The notes under the pieces: generated by a model
Told to the model about the DNA's origin: nothing
The model's input: the letters and a program-made list of their open reading frames with translations, nothing else
Database searches by the model: none
NCBI GenBank assembly: GCA_964106915.2
Contig: OZ066917.1
Strand: one strand, 5' to 3'
Source: Podarcis gaigeae
Lineage: Eukaryota
DNA length: 64,000 bases
In this document: positions 63,168 through 64,000 of the stretch, one piece after another
How positions within the stretch are numbered: the first letter of the stretch is position 1
Layout of the letters: each line of letters opens with the position of its first letter
Program-made: the position numbers and the translations under genes

Positions 63168-64000
63168 TAAAGTGACATCTTTCATTCTCCCTAAGGGGAG
63201 CAGACTAGCTCTGCTCTCAAACACTTTCTCTCCTCCCACCCCCACTCCAGCATCCGCCACATGAGGCTGTTGGGTAACAGTAGAGCCGGCTCTGCAGAAA
63301 ACCTCTGAATCCTCACAGTGTCTCACTGCCACCACCGCCAAGTGGGCTACACTATCAAGAACCACCAGGACCTCATTGGAAATATTACAATTCCTTTAAG
63401 TCTGGGAGCCACTTCACACTTCATGTAGCAATTGTTTCTAGTTCACCAGTGTTACCCCAGTGTTTTCAACATAACCTATGTTAATTTCCACCCACCTCCA
63501 TTCATTGCCTGCCGGGATAAGAACTACAGTTGCATTTGATTACTGTGCCCTTTCTGAATGCACCTTTATTCAGAACCTGCAATTAAAACGTTAAGTGTGA
63601 AAGGCAAAATTGTTCTGGAATAAGAGGTCTAGAGAATTTAAAACCCCACCCACTTACGTTTCATAAGCAAATTTTCTATGTGTAAAGCAAACACCTTCTC
63701 CCAAGTCCCCAGATATGTTCAATATATTCATAGCCAGACAACAGACGATAGTATGTATGCAAGTCACAACTTAGGGCCTAACTACATCTGAAACTTAAAT
63801 ATGCCTATTAAACCCTCAACATCATTTCCTCCAAAGAATAAAATCCACTTCAGAGGGCAGAGTGGAGAAGGGAGAGGATATTTAAACCCTTCCCTGCCCA
63901 TTTCAAGCTGCTACCCTAAGCAACTTTGCTTCCAGAAGTGAGGGTTTGAATCCATGTTTGCAAAGGACAGGGATTAATACCATGTCTCCACCCCCAATTG

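Noticed and set aside
62946-63365. 139-aa ORF and similar ORFs at 4473, 5882, 20457, 25697 and 54928
   Set aside because: Chance frames through SINEs and MITEs.

Overview
This is vertebrate genomic DNA from a squamate, most likely a lacertid lizard, judged from the Sauria SINE type, Bov-B LINEs and Squam-type SINEs. It covers the syntenic DRD3-ZBTB20 interval, with both genes on the minus strand. At the right end are the last two coding exons of ZBTB20 (61576-59984 and 58140-57722). They are followed by about 26 kb of AT-rich, TE-poor sequence that looks like a very long 3' UTR running to a 511-nt assembly gap (31474-31984). At the left end is the first coding exon of dopamine receptor DRD3 (7349-7065). 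About 6.3 kb upstream of it are a candidate non-coding exon with uORFs and a strong REST/RE1 motif. Positions 1-31 kb are dense in TEs (Bov-B, RTE, L1, L2, CR1, SINEs, hAT/Tigger/Tc2/Harbinger-type MITEs, solo LTRs). Almost all other ORFs in the track are spurious or TE-derived. I see no prokaryote-style novel system and no new protein-coding gene. The most interesting unexplained items are a unique 27-bp inverted duplication bracketing 2.7 kb upstream of DRD3, the RE1/uORF layout of the DRD3 leader, a CTCF motif inside a MITE, a solo LTR nested in an L1, and structure and miRNA-site signals in the ZBTB20 3' region. All comparisons to other species are from memory, not from searches.
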